Shown here piece by piece: positions 27,000 to 40,110 of a stretch of 64,000 bases of DNA. The notes below the pieces were generated by a model. It saw only the letters and a list, made by a program, of their open reading frames with translations. It had not been told where the DNA came from and searched no databases. Where the stretch lies: NCBI RefSeq assembly GCF_963921235.1, contig NC_086097.1, positions 185,196,001-185,260,000 on the forward strand, given 5' to 3'. The translations under genes and the position numbers were made by a program. Each line of letters starts with the position of its first letter. The stretch's first letter is position 1. This DNA comes from Mobula hypostoma (taxonomy: Eukaryota).

Positions 27000-27730
27000 G
27001 AAACATAGAAAACCTGCAGCACAATACAGGCTCTTCGGCCCACAAAGCTGTGCTGGCCATGTTCTTACCTAGGGTTACCCATAGCCCTCTATTTTTCTAA
27101 GCTCCATGTACCTATCCAGGACTCTCTTAAAACATCTTATCGTATCTGCCTCCACCACCGTCGCCAGCATCTCATTCCACGCACTGACCCGAACAGACAA
27201 CACTGTAAAGGTCACCTGACCTAGCATAACCAAGCTGGGCAAAAAGTCCCAAAGACTAATTTCATGTTCCAGCTTGTATGGTCCAGCAAGAACTCCAAGT
27301 TCTTTTGAAATGTACCCAGAGATGTAATTGATATGCTGTGATCTGCTAAACTTCATAATAAGGCGGTGAGTTACAGATATCCACCAATTACCCAGTGGAT
27401 GAAAGATGTGCTTCCCCATCCCCAGTCTTTCCATTATCTTAAATCCACAACCCTTTGCTGTTTATAGAGTACAGCACATAAAACAGGCCCTTTGACCCAT
27501 CTAGTTCATACTGAACTGTTAAACTGCCCACTCCCATTGACCTGCACTGGGAACATAGCCCTCCATACCTTTACTATTCATGTACCTATCCAAACGTCTC
27601 ATAAACATTGAGAATGAGCTTGCATGCACCATTTGCACTGGAAGCTCATTCCACACTCTCACAACCCTTGGAGTGAAGAAGCTTCCCCTTATGTTCCCTT
27701 TAGACTTTTCACCTTTCACCCAACGTCAGC
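27000..27730 (-). mobile_element. Two CR1 3'-end fragments (27000-27190 and 27460-27730)
   Basis: WNE.VVEADTI.FKR.LDRYM and RGSFFT.RVVRVWNELP motifs with CR1 tails. Confidence 0.85.
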
Positions 27731-28177
27731 CTCCTTCCATTTACCCTATCATAAAATACAGGCTGCAGGTCACTCAATCCCCCTTACCTACTGGTCTCTG
27801 TCCATCTGATACAGAGCTGCACATGATACAATCAATAGACCACGTACGGTATGGGTAAACTTGCTGTGTAGAATGCACAAAAGGTGAGTTTCTGAATATC
27901 TTCACCGGTGAGGCTGCAAGAATTCATATGTTCTGCAGAATTTTTGTCAAAAAGATTTCAAGGGCAAGTACACTGAATATCATTTCATTAATGATTAAGT
28001 GGTCTGGGTTGCAGACAAGGCAATTATTAATTATTCATCCTTTGGAAGGAGATGATGAAGATAGAATGAAGGATATTAAAGAAAACAGAATGAGAAAACA
28101 GGCAGAAAAGTTAAGTTACACACATCAAAGTTGCTGGTGAACGCAGCAGGCCAGGCAGCATCTCTAGGAAGAGGTAC

Positions 28178-28213
28178 AGTCAACGTTTCAGGCCGAGACT
28201 CTTCGTCAGGACT
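28178..28213 (-). ncRNA. Minimal hammerhead ribozyme motif (PLE left arm)
   Basis: AGUC-CUGACGA-AGAGUCUCGGCCU-GAAA-CGUU-GACU on the minus strand. Confidence 0.75.
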
Positions 28214-29078
28214 AACTGAAGGAAGAGTTAGTAAGAGATTTGAAAGTGGGAGGGGGAGGCGGAGATCCAAAATGATAGGAGAAGACAGGAGGGGGAGGGA
28301 TGGAGCCAAGAGCTGGACAGGTGATTGGCAAAGGGGATATGAGAGGATCATGGGACAGGAGGACCGGGGAGAAAGACGGGTGGGGGGGGGGAACCAGAGG
28401 ATGGGCAAGGGGTATAGTCAGAGGGACAGAGGGAGAAACAGGGGAGTGAGAGAAAGAAAGTGTGTATATAAATAAATAATGGATGGGGTACGAGGGGGAG
28501 GTGGGGCATTAGCGGAAGTTAGAAAAGTCATATTCATGCCATCAGGTTGGAGGCTACCCAGACAGAATATAAGATGTTGATCCTCCAACCTGAGTGTGGC
28601 TTCATCTTTACAGTAGAGGAGGCCGTGGATAGACATGTCAGAATGGGAATGGGTTGTGGAATTAAAATGTGTGGCCACTGGGAGATCCTGATCTGCTGCT
28701 CAGGTTGGAGGAACAACACCTTATATTCCGTCTGGGTAGCCTCCAACCTGATGGCATGAACATCGACTTTTCGAACTTCTGCTAATGCCCCACCTCCCCC
28801 TCGTACCCCATCCGTTATTTATTTATATACACACATTCTTTCTCTCTCTCTCCTTTTTCTCCCTCTGTCCCTCTGACTATACCCCTTGCCCATCCTCTGG
28901 TTCCCCCCCCCCTTGTCTTTCTCCCCAGACCTCCTGTCCCATGATCCTCTCATATCCCCTTTGCCAATCACCTGTCCAGCTCTTGGCTCCATCCCTCCCC
29001 CTCCTGTCTTCTCCTATCATTTTGGATCTCCGCCTCCCCCTCCCACTTTCAAATCTCTTACTAACTCTTCCTTCAGTT

Positions 29079-29114
29079 AGTCCTGACGAAGAGTCTCGGC
29101 CTGAAACGTTGACT
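29079..29114 (+). ncRNA. Minimal hammerhead ribozyme motif (PLE right arm)
   Basis: Identical motif on the plus strand; palindromic ACGU stem III and GUU triplet. Confidence 0.75.
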
Positions 29115-29689
29115 GTACCTCTTCCTAGAGATGCTGCCTGGCCTGCTGCATTCACCAGCAACTTTGATGTGTGTTGCCAGAAAAGTTAAGTTTCATTGCA
29201 AAGATTTGAGAATGAATTAAATGGGAAAAGTTGAAAATTTGAGACATATCCCCTTTCCACAATATACTGAAATAAACTAAGAAATGACCATTGGCTTACT
29301 TATCACTAATAAAATATATATTACAAACAGTAAGAACTAGTCACTCACATGTTCAAGCTTGTCTTACCAGTTAACATCATCAAGACTGATCTAGCCAGGC
29401 CTTATCCACACTTCCATGCCTGTTTGCCATAAACATCACTTCCAGATCTTTCAATAAACTTGGTACATATTTAAATATTCCCAAAAATACATCCTCTCTA
29501 ACCATGCGGGGAGAGAATTTCAGAAATTCACCACCCATTGCAAGAAATATTTCCCATGCACCTCAGTTTTAAATAACTGCCTCCAAACTTTGTAATTATG
29601 TCCCTTCATTAGAGATTCTTCCACTAATGAAAGCATTTTGACATCTACACTGCCTATTGTGGAAATAAAGACAAAAACATTGATTTCAA

Positions 29690-30375
29690 AATTCAAAATT
29701 CCAAGGTCAAAGTAAATTTACTACAGAAGTACATATGTTTCACCATATGCAACATTTTCATGCAGGGACACTCAATGAATCTACTGAGTAATAACCACAA
29801 CAGAATCAATGAAAGATTGCACCAACTTGGGTGTTCAACCACTCTGCAGAAGTCAACAAACTGTCCAAGTGCAAAAATAAATAGTAATAATAAATAAATA
29901 AACAATAAATATCAAGAACATAAGATGAAAAGTCCTTTAAAGTGATTGATGATTAATTGATGAAACATTTCAAAGATGGGACAAGTGAAGTTAAGGAAAG
30001 TTATTCCCTTTGTTTCAAGAGCCTGATGGTTGAGGGGTAATAACTGTTCCCGAACCTGGTGGTGTGAGTTCTGAAGCTCCTATACCTTCTTCCTAATCAA
30101 TGGCGGGGAGGGCTTTACCATGACAAGCAGGGCCATATCCTCTACCATTTGTGGGTTTTTACACTCAAAGGCATAGTGTTTCCATACTAGGCTATGATGC
30201 GGCCAGTCAATATACTCTCTATTACACATCCATAGAAGTTTGTCAAAGTTTTAGATGTCATTGCAAATCTTCACAAATTCCAAAATAAGTAGAGCCACTG
30301 TCATGTTTTCTTCATAATTGCACTTATGAGGGGCCCAGCAGAGATCCTCTGAAATAATAATACCAGGGAATTTAA
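29690..30375 (-). mobile_element. Rex1/Babar 3' fragment
   Basis: Clearly homologous to 11494-12260. Confidence 0.8.
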
Positions 30376-30399
30376 GATTTCAAAAGTAAATTAGTAGGA

Positions 30400-31070
30400 G
30401 AATTCTTAAATAATTAGGGGTGGTCTTACAGAGGTGTATCAAATTATTAATACGAGCAGTTTTCTTCCCCAAGAGTCGGAGAATAAGGATCTAGAGGGCA
30501 TAGATTTAAGTTCGAAGGGAGTGATTTAATAGAAAACTGAGGGACAACTTTTTCTCCTTGAGGATTGTCCATGAGCTGTCAGAGGAAGTGGTTGAGGCAG
30601 GTGTAATATCAGCATTGAACAGGTACATGGGTAAGGATAGTTTAAAGAGATATGGGCCAAAGACAGAGAAATGGAACTAAGTTGGATGGGCCTCAGGGTG
30701 GGCAGGGACTAGTTGGGTCGAAAGGTCTGCTTCAATGCTGTATGATGCTATGATTCAATGGCGGCCAATGGAGCTTGGTGGTTACTTACCGGCCTGTCAA
30801 ATCATTCTCATCAGTTTCATCGGATGGACTGTTCATTTAGCCAGAGACTGGTGAATCTGTGGCATTCTTTGCCACAGGCAGCTGTGGAGGTCAAGTCTTT
30901 ATATATATTTAAGTAAGAGATTGATAGATTCTTGATTGGTCAGGGCATGAAGGGATATGGGGGAAGGCAGGAGATTGGGCTGAGAGGAAAATTGTATCAG
31001 CCATGATGAAATGGCAGAGCAGACTCAATGGGCCAAATGGTCTAATTATGCTCCCATATCTCTTTGTCTT
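30400..31070 (+). mobile_element. Two CR1 3'-end fragments (30400-30755 and 30835-31070)
   Basis: RGHRFK motif and 'gtgaatctgtgg...gcagctgtggagg', with CR1 3'UTRs. Confidence 0.75.
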
Positions 31071-31079
31071 AAGAACTTA

Positions 31080-33030
31080 GATATACCAATTGCTCATCCT
31101 CAGCCCTAACACTCTTCGACAATTTAATTTAACCCCTCCCCAAAAGCTCTAGCAAACCTGCCCGCAACGATATTGGTCTCCCATGGGATTGGGCGTAACC
31201 CATTCTTTTTGTACAGGTCATACCTTCCCCAGAATAGGTCCCAATGATCTAGAAATCTAGATCACTGCACCCTGCACCAATTCTTCAGCCACAGATTCAT
31301 GCGCCTGTTCATTCTATTCCTACCCTCACTGGCACATGGCAAAAGCAGCAATCCAGAGATTACTACGCTGGAGGTCCTGTTTGTCAGCTTTCTGCCTAAC
31401 TCCCTATATTCTCTCTTCAGGACCTCCTCCCTTTTTAAACCCATGTCGTTGGTACCAACATGTTCATAGAACATAGAACATAGAATAGTACAGCGCAGTA
31501 CAGGCCTTTCGGCCCACAATATTGTGCCGACCCTCAAACCCTGCCTCCCATATAAACCCCCACCTTAAATTCCTCCATATACCTGTCCAGTAGTCTCTTA
31601 AATTTCACTAGTGTATCTGCCTCCACCACTGACTCAGGCAGTGCATTCCACGCTCCAACCACTCTCTGAGTGAAAAACCTTTCACTAATATCCCCCTTGA
31701 ACTTCCCACTCCTTACCTTAAAGCCATGTCCTCTTGTATTGAGCAGTGGTGCCCTGGGGAAGAGGTGCTGGCTGTCCACTGTATCTATTCCTCATATTAT
31801 CTTGTACACCTCTATCATATCTCCTCTCATCCTCCTTCTCTCCAAGGAGTAAACCCCTAGCTCCCTTAATCTCTGATCATAATGCATACTCTCTAAACCA
31901 GGTAGCATCCTGGTAAATCTCCTCTGTACCCTTTCCAATGCTTCCACATCCTTTCTATAGTGAGGCAACCAGAACTGGACACAGTACTCCAAGTATGACC
32001 TAACCAGAGTTTTATAGAGCTGCATCATTACATCATGACTCTTAGACTCTATCGCTGCATCATTACATCATGACTCTTAAACTCTATCCCTTGACTTATG
32101 AAAGCTAACACCCCATAAGCTTTCTTAACTACCCTATCCAGCTGTGAGGTAACTTTCAGGGATCTGTGGACATGTACCCCCAGATCCCTCTGCCTTCTGC
32201 AGGCAAGCCAATTCTGAATCCACCTGGCCAAACTTCCCTGGATCCCATGCCTTCTGACTTTCTGAATAAGCCTACTGTTTGGAACCTTGTCAAATGCCTT
32301 ACTAAAATCCATATAGATCACATCCACTGCACTACCCTCATCTATATGCCTGGTCACCTCCTCAAAGAACTCTATCAGGCTTGTTAGACACGATCTGCCC
32401 TCACAAAGCCATGCTGACTGTCCCTGATCAGACCATGATTCTCTAAATGCCCATAGATCCTATCTCTAAGAATCTTTTCCAACAACTTTCCCACCAGAGA
32501 CATAAGGCTCACTGGTCTATAATTACCCGGACTATCCCTACTACCTTTTTTGAACAAGGGGACAACATTCGCCTCCCTCCAATCCTCCGGTACCATTCCC
32601 GTGGACAACGAGGACATATGTACCATGACTTCTGACTGTTCACTCTCCCCTTTAGAATGCCATGGACCCCATTGAAGGCATCCCTGGCCTTGGCACCTAG
32701 GAGACAACATACCATCCAGGTATCTCTTTCACATCCACAGAATCTGATCTCTGGTCCTCTAATTATGAAATCCCCTATCACTGCAGCTCACCTCTTCTTA
32801 CCTTTTGAACCACAGAGGCAGATTCAGTGCCAGAAACCTGGCTTCCCCTGGTAGGTTGTCCTCCACAACAGTATCCAAAGCGGAATACACATAATTGAGC
32901 AGAACAACCACAGGAGTACTTTGCACAGGCTGCTCATTCCCTTTCCTTCTCCTGACAGTCATCCAGTTTCTGCAACTTAGGGGTGACTACCTCCCTGTAG
33001 TTCCTATCTACCACTTCCTCATTTTCCTGT
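31080..33030 (-). mobile_element. CR1 ORF1 (SGNH esterase) region, split by a younger CR1
   Basis: IGDFIIRG and MVCCLLGA at right; HVGTND...VVISGLL...WLKNWC at left. Confidence 0.85.
31465..32618 (-). mobile_element. 5'-truncated CR1 of the same subfamily as 51905-55819, with an internal deletion and a 35-bp duplication
   Basis: Near-identical to 54360-55819; (CATAGAA)n tail; deletion junction 32186-32193; duplication 32019-32088. Confidence 0.92.
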
Positions 33031-34276
33031 TTGAGCTGCATCACATATGAAGTCCAAACCATATCTTTAAAAACATGTCTTTGCCTCAGCCTTGGACTTC
33101 TGTTGAAAATGAGGACTGTATCAAGAGCAAAGGGTCTGTATTTCTTTCATGAGACTGCAGACAGAAAAGTATGATTGCTATATAGCACAAGCAGTTACCA
33201 GTTACTACATACGCACTATGAAAGCAATGTTGCATTTGTGGTGTGCTTGGAATGAAAAACTTGTTAACTCCTTGAGAAGCATTAGAAAGATCAGCAACAC
33301 AGATACAGGCTGTTAAGTCTATTTCTGCTGAGTAAGATTACTGAATTGATTAGTTATGAGGCCAACAGAAGCAAAGAGAGATGAGCCAAGATTTGATTGA
33401 CAGATAAGGATCATGAATTTAATTTTTTTTGTTCTGGAGAAGAAAAATTTTGTTCTGGAAATTAAATGGCAAACTGTAAGTGCAGCCAATAATTTACAAC
33501 CGGAAACATTTAAAAAAATACTTTATTTTTCCCAGAATTGTTTAAAACCAACAAATTCAGAGAATCTATTTTATTTCCAAGCAGTAAAAGAAACAAAGTA
33601 TATTCAATGTTTATTTGTTAAGTTAATTAGATGTGGTTTTGTTCATCTGTTTTCAAGTTTTGATTAGAATAGAAGTATTACTCAACTTACTCCAAATTAT
33701 TTCAACTTCCAATCTAGCCATTAAGACTGTGATTAATCAGTCACCAAACTGGTTTACTCACCCATATTAGTTCCCTGTAACTTACTTAGGCATTATTGAA
33801 AGGTGAAAACTTGACTTGTTTGTTTGACATTACTCAGGTTGCATTTAAAATAGTAATCTATTTATTTCAAAATCTTCAATACCTTGGATAAACTACTGAC
33901 TGAGAATTTTTATTCAAACACGTTAAGGACTCTTCCTCTTCAGTCCAGAGGAAGAGTCTTGGTCTGAAAAGTTGACTGTCTACTCTTTTCCATAGATGTT
34001 GAGTTCTTTCAGCACTTTGTGTATTTTGCTAAGGATATGTTCTGTTAGGTCACTGAGGTAATTCATAGACCAACTTGAGATCTTTTTTGCTAAGTTTGTT
34101 TAACTCTTTCGGGTGTCCTATAGAGAGCAAAGTTGCCCCCTAACTGAAAGGTATCTATAACCTTTAGAGGATGCAACATAAGGATGACAATCAAATGTTG
34201 TACTAAAGAATACTTCATGAATGGATGTTAGTTCAAAACTGGCATTTCCTTAGCTGTCCCCCCACAGATAACATAC

Positions 34277-34310
34277 CGTAAATATTCGAGTTTCTTCACT
34301 CACACTGTGC
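34277..34310 (-). other. Candidate 34-nt host exon
   Basis: tgctttatttcag|GCAC...TACG|gtatgt; only one frame is open (HSVSEETRIFT); lies in TE-free sequence. Confidence 0.35.
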
Positions 34311-34510
34311 CTGAAATAAAGCAAGGCACCCCCCCCAACCATTCTAGTTGAAGGTTCATGTGGTAACTATATCTACGTTACAGTTTAATCAATACAGCAG
34401 CAAACCTTCATTCTTTTTCAGATATTTGTGATGTAGATTTCATTGAGTTTAAAGAATCTACTATGTTAATTTAAAAGTCAATTACGTGGGACAACCCCAC
34501 TGAATCTTAC

Positions 34511-34545
34511 TTTGTAGATCCTGCTATTGAGTCTAGATGACAATA
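34511..34545 (-). other. Candidate 35-nt host exon
   Basis: gtgtttccccag|TATT...CAAA|gtaaga; YCHLDSIAGST(K) is phase-compatible with 34277-34310. Confidence 0.33.
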
Positions 34546-35334
34546 CTGGGGAAACACACTAGTAAGTTACAGAGGAAATAGGAAGAGGCCCTTAAATGGT
34601 TAAATATTTTTTTCTTCTGCAATGGAAAGTGATTGATGTTCAAGAGCTTCTATATCTAATCATCACTCCAGCCAAGCTGTATGTTCACGTCGCTGAAAGT
34701 GGTTGATTGGCAGGGTAGGGATTAAAGTTCAATACAGCACTGATTAGATCACAAAATGTAATAGCAGTGAGATTAGATTGTCTTTTCAGTCATTAAACAT
34801 TGCTGAGCTCTAGAGAGTTTTCACAAAATTGAAGTTGGTTCCATAAAACATTTTCAAAAGTTATTAAAGTGATGTAGCACTAATTTGTCAGCAGGAAGGT
34901 CATTGGCCCCTTTACAATTTTAAATCCAAAAGCAAAAGATTGGATTATTGCTGTGGAGTTTAACAAAATGAATGAAAACATACATGTTTCCAACTGTATG
35001 ATAAATGATATCAATTATTGTGTACTGAATTTTTTCCCTTTATGATTATAGATACTTCACTAAAATATAAATTGGAAAATCATTTATTCTAATTAGTGTC
35101 AAAAAAAAATCAAGTATCGCTGATTCCAATTCATCAAGTTGGTAAAAATATTGTAAGAATGCATTCCATTTTTTATTTTTCTAATGAGCATCATGTAAGT
35201 ATTTGATCTCTATCAATAACATAGCATAAACTCACACAAATCTCTGGAAGTCTGTGTTTTTTCAAATGTCTCCAAAAGCCTTTGAGAAAGCTTTACAGAT
35301 TCTGAAAATCTTCTGTCAACTGAGACCACATTGT

Positions 35335-36705
35335 CTATGGCCAGCATGAATTAGTTTGGCTGAAGAACCCATATCCATGGCTGCAAGGAACTGGTTTGGC
35401 TGAAGAGCCAGTATCAACAGTCAGTTATGAACTGATTTGTCTGAAGAGCCTGTATCTACATTCGGCATGAACTGGTTTGCTGAGAAGCCTGTATCGACAG
35501 TCAACATGAACTGGTTTGGATGAATAGCCAGTATTAGCAGTCGGCATGAATTGATTTGTCTGAAGAGCCTGTATCAACAGTCAGCATGAACTGGTTTGGC
35601 TGAAAAGCCTGTATCACCAGTTGATATGAACTGGTTTGGCTGAAGGGCCTGTATCAACAGTCAACATGAACTAGTTTGGCTGAATAGCCTATATTAATAG
35701 TCGGCATGAATTGGTTTGGATGAAGAGCCAGTATCAACAGTCAGCATGAATTGTTTTTGCTGAAGAGACTGTATCAACAGTCGACATGATCTGGTTTGGC
35801 TGAGGATCCAGTATCCACAGTCAACATGAACTGGTTTGTCTGAAGAGCCTGTATCAAAAGTCGGCATGAACTGGTTTGGCTGAAAAGCCTGTATCACCAG
35901 TTGGTATGAACTGGTTTGGCTGAAGGGCCTGTATCAACAGTCAACATAAACTGGTTTGGCTGAAGAGCCTATATCAACAGTCAGCATGAATTACTTTGGC
36001 TGAAGAACCTGTATCAACAGTCGGCGTGAACTGGTTTGGCTGAAGAGCCTGTATCAACAGTCAGCATGAATTGATTTGGCTGAGGAGCCAGTATCCACAG
36101 TCAACATGAACTGGTTTGGCTGAAGAGCCTGTATCAACAGTCAGCATGAATTGATTTGGCTGAGGAGCCAGTATCCACAGTCAACATGAACTGGTTTGGC
36201 TGAAGAGCCTGTATCAACAGTCAGCATGAATTGATTTGGCTGAGGAGCCAGTATCCACAGTCAACATGAACTGGTTTGGCTGAAAAGCCTGTATCACCAG
36301 TTGGTATGAACTGGTTTGGCTGAAGGGCCAAGTTTCGCTGAGAGGCTATATCAATAGTCGGCATGAACTGGTTTGGATGAAGAGCCGTTATCAACAGTCT
36401 GCATTAAATGGTTTGGCTGAAGAACCTGTATCAACAGTCGACATGATCTGGTTTGGCTGAAAAGTCTGTATCACCAGTTGGTATGAACTGGTTTGGCTGA
36501 AGGGCCTGAATCAACAGTCCACACGAACTAGTTTGGCTGAGAGGCTATATCAATAGTCGGCATGAACTGGTTTGGAAGACGAGCAATTATCAACAGTCGG
36601 CATTAAATAGTTTGGATGAAGAGCCTGTATCAACAGTCGGCATGAACTGATTTGTCCAAAGAGCCTGTATCCACACCGTGTTACTCCGTGTCTCTGTGAC
36701 TCTGT
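35335..36705 (+). repeat. 40-bp minisatellite, ~33 copies
   Basis: Consensus tcagcatgaactggtttggctgaagagcctgtatcaacag; ends in a CR1-like tail (ctctgtgactctgt). Confidence 0.95.
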
Positions 36706-38859
36706 AATTCAAACCTGGAAAATGATGTAGGCACTGTTGTGAGTGTGGTGCAATGAGGGTGATGGAACCAGGCTAGCTTTACAATATCGTCCATTTCAAT
36801 CCCTGTATTTGTGAATCATTTCTGGATCCAATTGTTTTACCATTTGTCAGGTGCATAGATGCCACTCATAATATGAAATGTATTGTACATTGAAATATCA
36901 GGTCCTTGTTAGATTACTTATGTGTAAGGTGAGTAAATTATTTAATGAGGGCCTGATATTTCAAAATATGAACCATTTTTATACTTACTACTTACCTGTC
37001 CATATGTCTGATGCTATAGACCATATAGCATCATCTATGAAAGCCAGATAGCTAGTAAATAAACAAATGTTTTTAAGATTCTCAACTAGCAGCTCAGGAA
37101 GAAATCACGGGTATCATCTGCCTCAGATTTCACCGCCATCTCTTTCTTTCTTCAATCATAGACAGCCCTGACACCCTCCAACTAAGTGCACCCCATCCTC
37201 ATCCCTCATCGGTATTTATTCTTGGAACTAAAATGTCTTGTGCTGAGAAACATGTGGGGTATTCATTCCTACTACAAAAAATGTCCCAAATCATCACTGT
37301 TATCCTTACCATCTTAAAAGTTAATTAAATTTTGTGAATGATAAGTACAAAACAAGAGAAGTATAAATTCAGAAATAAAATGAGAGATTGCTGGAAGCGT
37401 GCAGGTGGTAACTCATAACTGCAAATCTGAAAGGAGAAATGACAGGTTAGCAATTCATTATGCTGATAAACCTGCTGTGTATTTCCATCATTTTCTATTT
37501 TTATATTTGAATGAAAATCACATATGGTAATGACATGTTAATTCTTATTTAAATACATCAGATTTATTTCCAGTGATTTTTTCTAGATGAGGAAACTGTA
37601 AAAAAAGTGCACTAACATGCTTCTAGGAGCTGTCACTTTATTTTTTTTATGTGCTGATCTCCAAACTGAGGTACCTGCCTGTGAGATGAGTGCAAAACTT
37701 GTTGTATGCACCAGAACACAAGAACCTTTAATTAAATTGTAGAAACAACCTGCCAGAGAAAGATATTTCTCATTTTAAGAAATAATTCTATAACTTTCTT
37801 TCTTGCCATCATATATATTTCCTCCTGTGTCTTGCTGTGATCACTTTCAATGTTATAATTGTGAATAAAAGAGAAGTGGGAGTCACTCAGGGCACAGCCT
37901 GATCCCTAATTATCAAGTTCAGATTAAATACAAGATGTACGTAAGTAAAATAAAAATGCATTAGCAAACTAGAAAAACAATGCAACAGGCAACACAGCAA
38001 GCCACACATTACAGCACTCGACATTTTCAGACAATGTAACTGAAGTATTCAAATTTTACTAAACGGGCAGTTCAACAATTTGAGCCAGCTGTTTGAAATC
38101 TGGAATCTGACCCATTTATATCTGCTGTTGGAAAGTACTGGAGGAAATTAAGCACTCTCACACCACAGGTGCCAAAAACATGGTTGATAATATTTTTGGA
38201 TTTTAAGTCGCTCATATTTAATTAGCAATAAAATTCTGTTTTTGTTATTTTGGAATGAGGAACCTAAGGAATATCATAGTCTTTATCTTCTCAACCTCTT
38301 CTATTTTAAATACCACGCAGTCACACCTCACATGGTCTGTTGTCAGATAAATAACTGAATCTGCAATACTGATCAGCACTCTCCTAGAGTGGTGAATTTA
38401 TGTAAGCAACGATTGTGAATGAGAACAAGGTGAATAAGTGGGTATGATGAAGAGAGGTCTGAAAGAATACACCTGAGTTCCATCTTGTTCTTTGTTATGA
38501 TTAATATTGCTGCAATGATGCGATTAGGTCCCAGCTTCACTGGAATTTATTACTATTGGCACAGTCTCCACTTGTCTTCATCGGCTATTCCACACCTGGA
38601 GGCGAGGTAAATCAGTAACACTGCATTTATCTCTTGAGGTTTGTACTTCTAGCAGCCAGATGCACTGGTAGTAGAAAGGGTAAAGGGAGCAGGAAGACAA
38701 AACAAGAAGTTAAAGTGCAAAGCTAAAACAAGGGACATCTGCTGTGAAATAATAGAGTTTAATCACACTATCAGTAATCAAAACCCTGGTCATTATTTGA
38801 TTACATGACTTTAAACAATCAAGTCTAACAGAATGGACACCATTCCAATTTCTGATTTA

Positions 38860-39080
38860 GTGGTACAGCTAAACCAGCCTTCTGGCCCAGTAAGCCCATG
38901 GCGTTCAATTACACCTATGTGACCAATTAGCCTAATAACCTGTATGTCTTTGGAATGTGGGAGGAAACCCACTGGTCACTAGGTGAACGTACAAACTCCT
39001 CACAGACAGCAGCAGGAACTGAAGCCTGGTCACTGGCACTGACAAGTGATGTGCAAACTGCTACTCTCCTGTGCCATCCC
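38860..39080 (-). mobile_element. tRNA-derived SINE (HE1/V-SINE-like)
   Basis: Homologous to 11060-11305. Confidence 0.75.
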
Positions 39081-39389
39081 ATTCTCTCCACCAACAACTT
39101 ATTAACCTTTTCTAATAACATAGAAGGCTCTAATGCTAAAATGAAGTAGATTTCTTCATCTAAAGGATATAATTAATGCAATTTATAACTTATTTTTGGA
39201 CACAGACGTCTAATAAGTAGGAAACTTATGATTTTGTAAGTATGTCATGGTAACAAAAACAAACCTCGACTCCGTTCAAATTGGCAAAAAGTAAAATAAA
39301 AGAACTGCTGTTGATAAACTAAAATGAAATAAACTCTAGGAAAGCATGACATATTAGTCAGCAGCTGAAAAAGACACAAGATAGGCTCA

Positions 39390-40110
39390 AGAATACAGAA
39401 TTAATAGACTATGGAAAGAAGCCATTCAGGCTGCAAAGCCCTGAATCAAGTTTGTGTGATAGTAAGTAGCCTGTCTCACTCCTCATGCCTCTTCCTCTAT
39501 CCTTGCAAGTTCAGTCTCTTGATATATCCTTCTGAACACTACATATGAATCTGCCTCCACTACTACCCCGGGAAGTGCCATCCTGACCCCAACCATTTGC
39601 TATTTAAAAGATTTTATCCTTAGACTAACTATTGTTCACTTGTTAATTACTTTCATTCCTTGTCCCTGGGTCTTCACCCTTCAACCAGCTGGAACAGTTC
39701 CTCAACACTACCTGAAAATCCCAATAAACATCGTTCGCTAACTCTCCTTTGTCTATCCAGCTTGCTGTTTCCTCAAAGAATTCCAATAGATATGTCAGGC
39801 AAGATTTTCCCTTTAGAAATCTGACTTAGGCCTGTTTTATCATGCGCCTCCAAGTACTCTGAAACATTATCTTTAATAATAATTTCCAACATCTTTGCAG
39901 TCATTGAAACTAACTAGCCTATAATTTATTTTCTTCTGCCTCTCTACTTTCTTAAAGAGTGGAGTGATGTTTGCAATTTTCCAGTCCTGAGAAACCATTC
40001 CAAAATCTAATGATTCTTGAAAGATCATTACTAATACCACCACTATCGCTTCAGCTACCTCTTTCTGAAACCTGGAGTGTAGTTCACCAGGTCCAGGTGA
40101 CTTGTGTACC
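39390..40110 (-). mobile_element. Degraded CR1 fragments
   Basis: KSPGPG.LH, DWKIANITPLFKK and NYRLVS motifs. Confidence 0.8.

Larger units (their letters stand above)
28118..29177. mobile_element. Fold-back Penelope insertion: minus arm 28118-28690, plus arm ~28699-29177, 15-bp TSD
   Basis: Arms are near-identical reverse complements; TSD cagaaaagttaagtt at 28103-28117 and 29178-29192. Confidence 0.93.

Noticed and set aside
35335..36705. CRISPR-like array
   Set aside because: Units are contiguous with no unique spacers, no cas genes are present, and the context is vertebrate.
35335..36705. Tandem hammerhead satellite (CUGAAGA-GCC…GGC in each unit)
   Set aside because: The stem is followed by AUGAAC rather than GAAA, and stems I/III cannot be formed; a CR1 tail origin explains the sequence.
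36851..36928. Plus-strand exon with good splice sites
   Set aside because: Stops in all three frames; at most non-coding, and unsupported.
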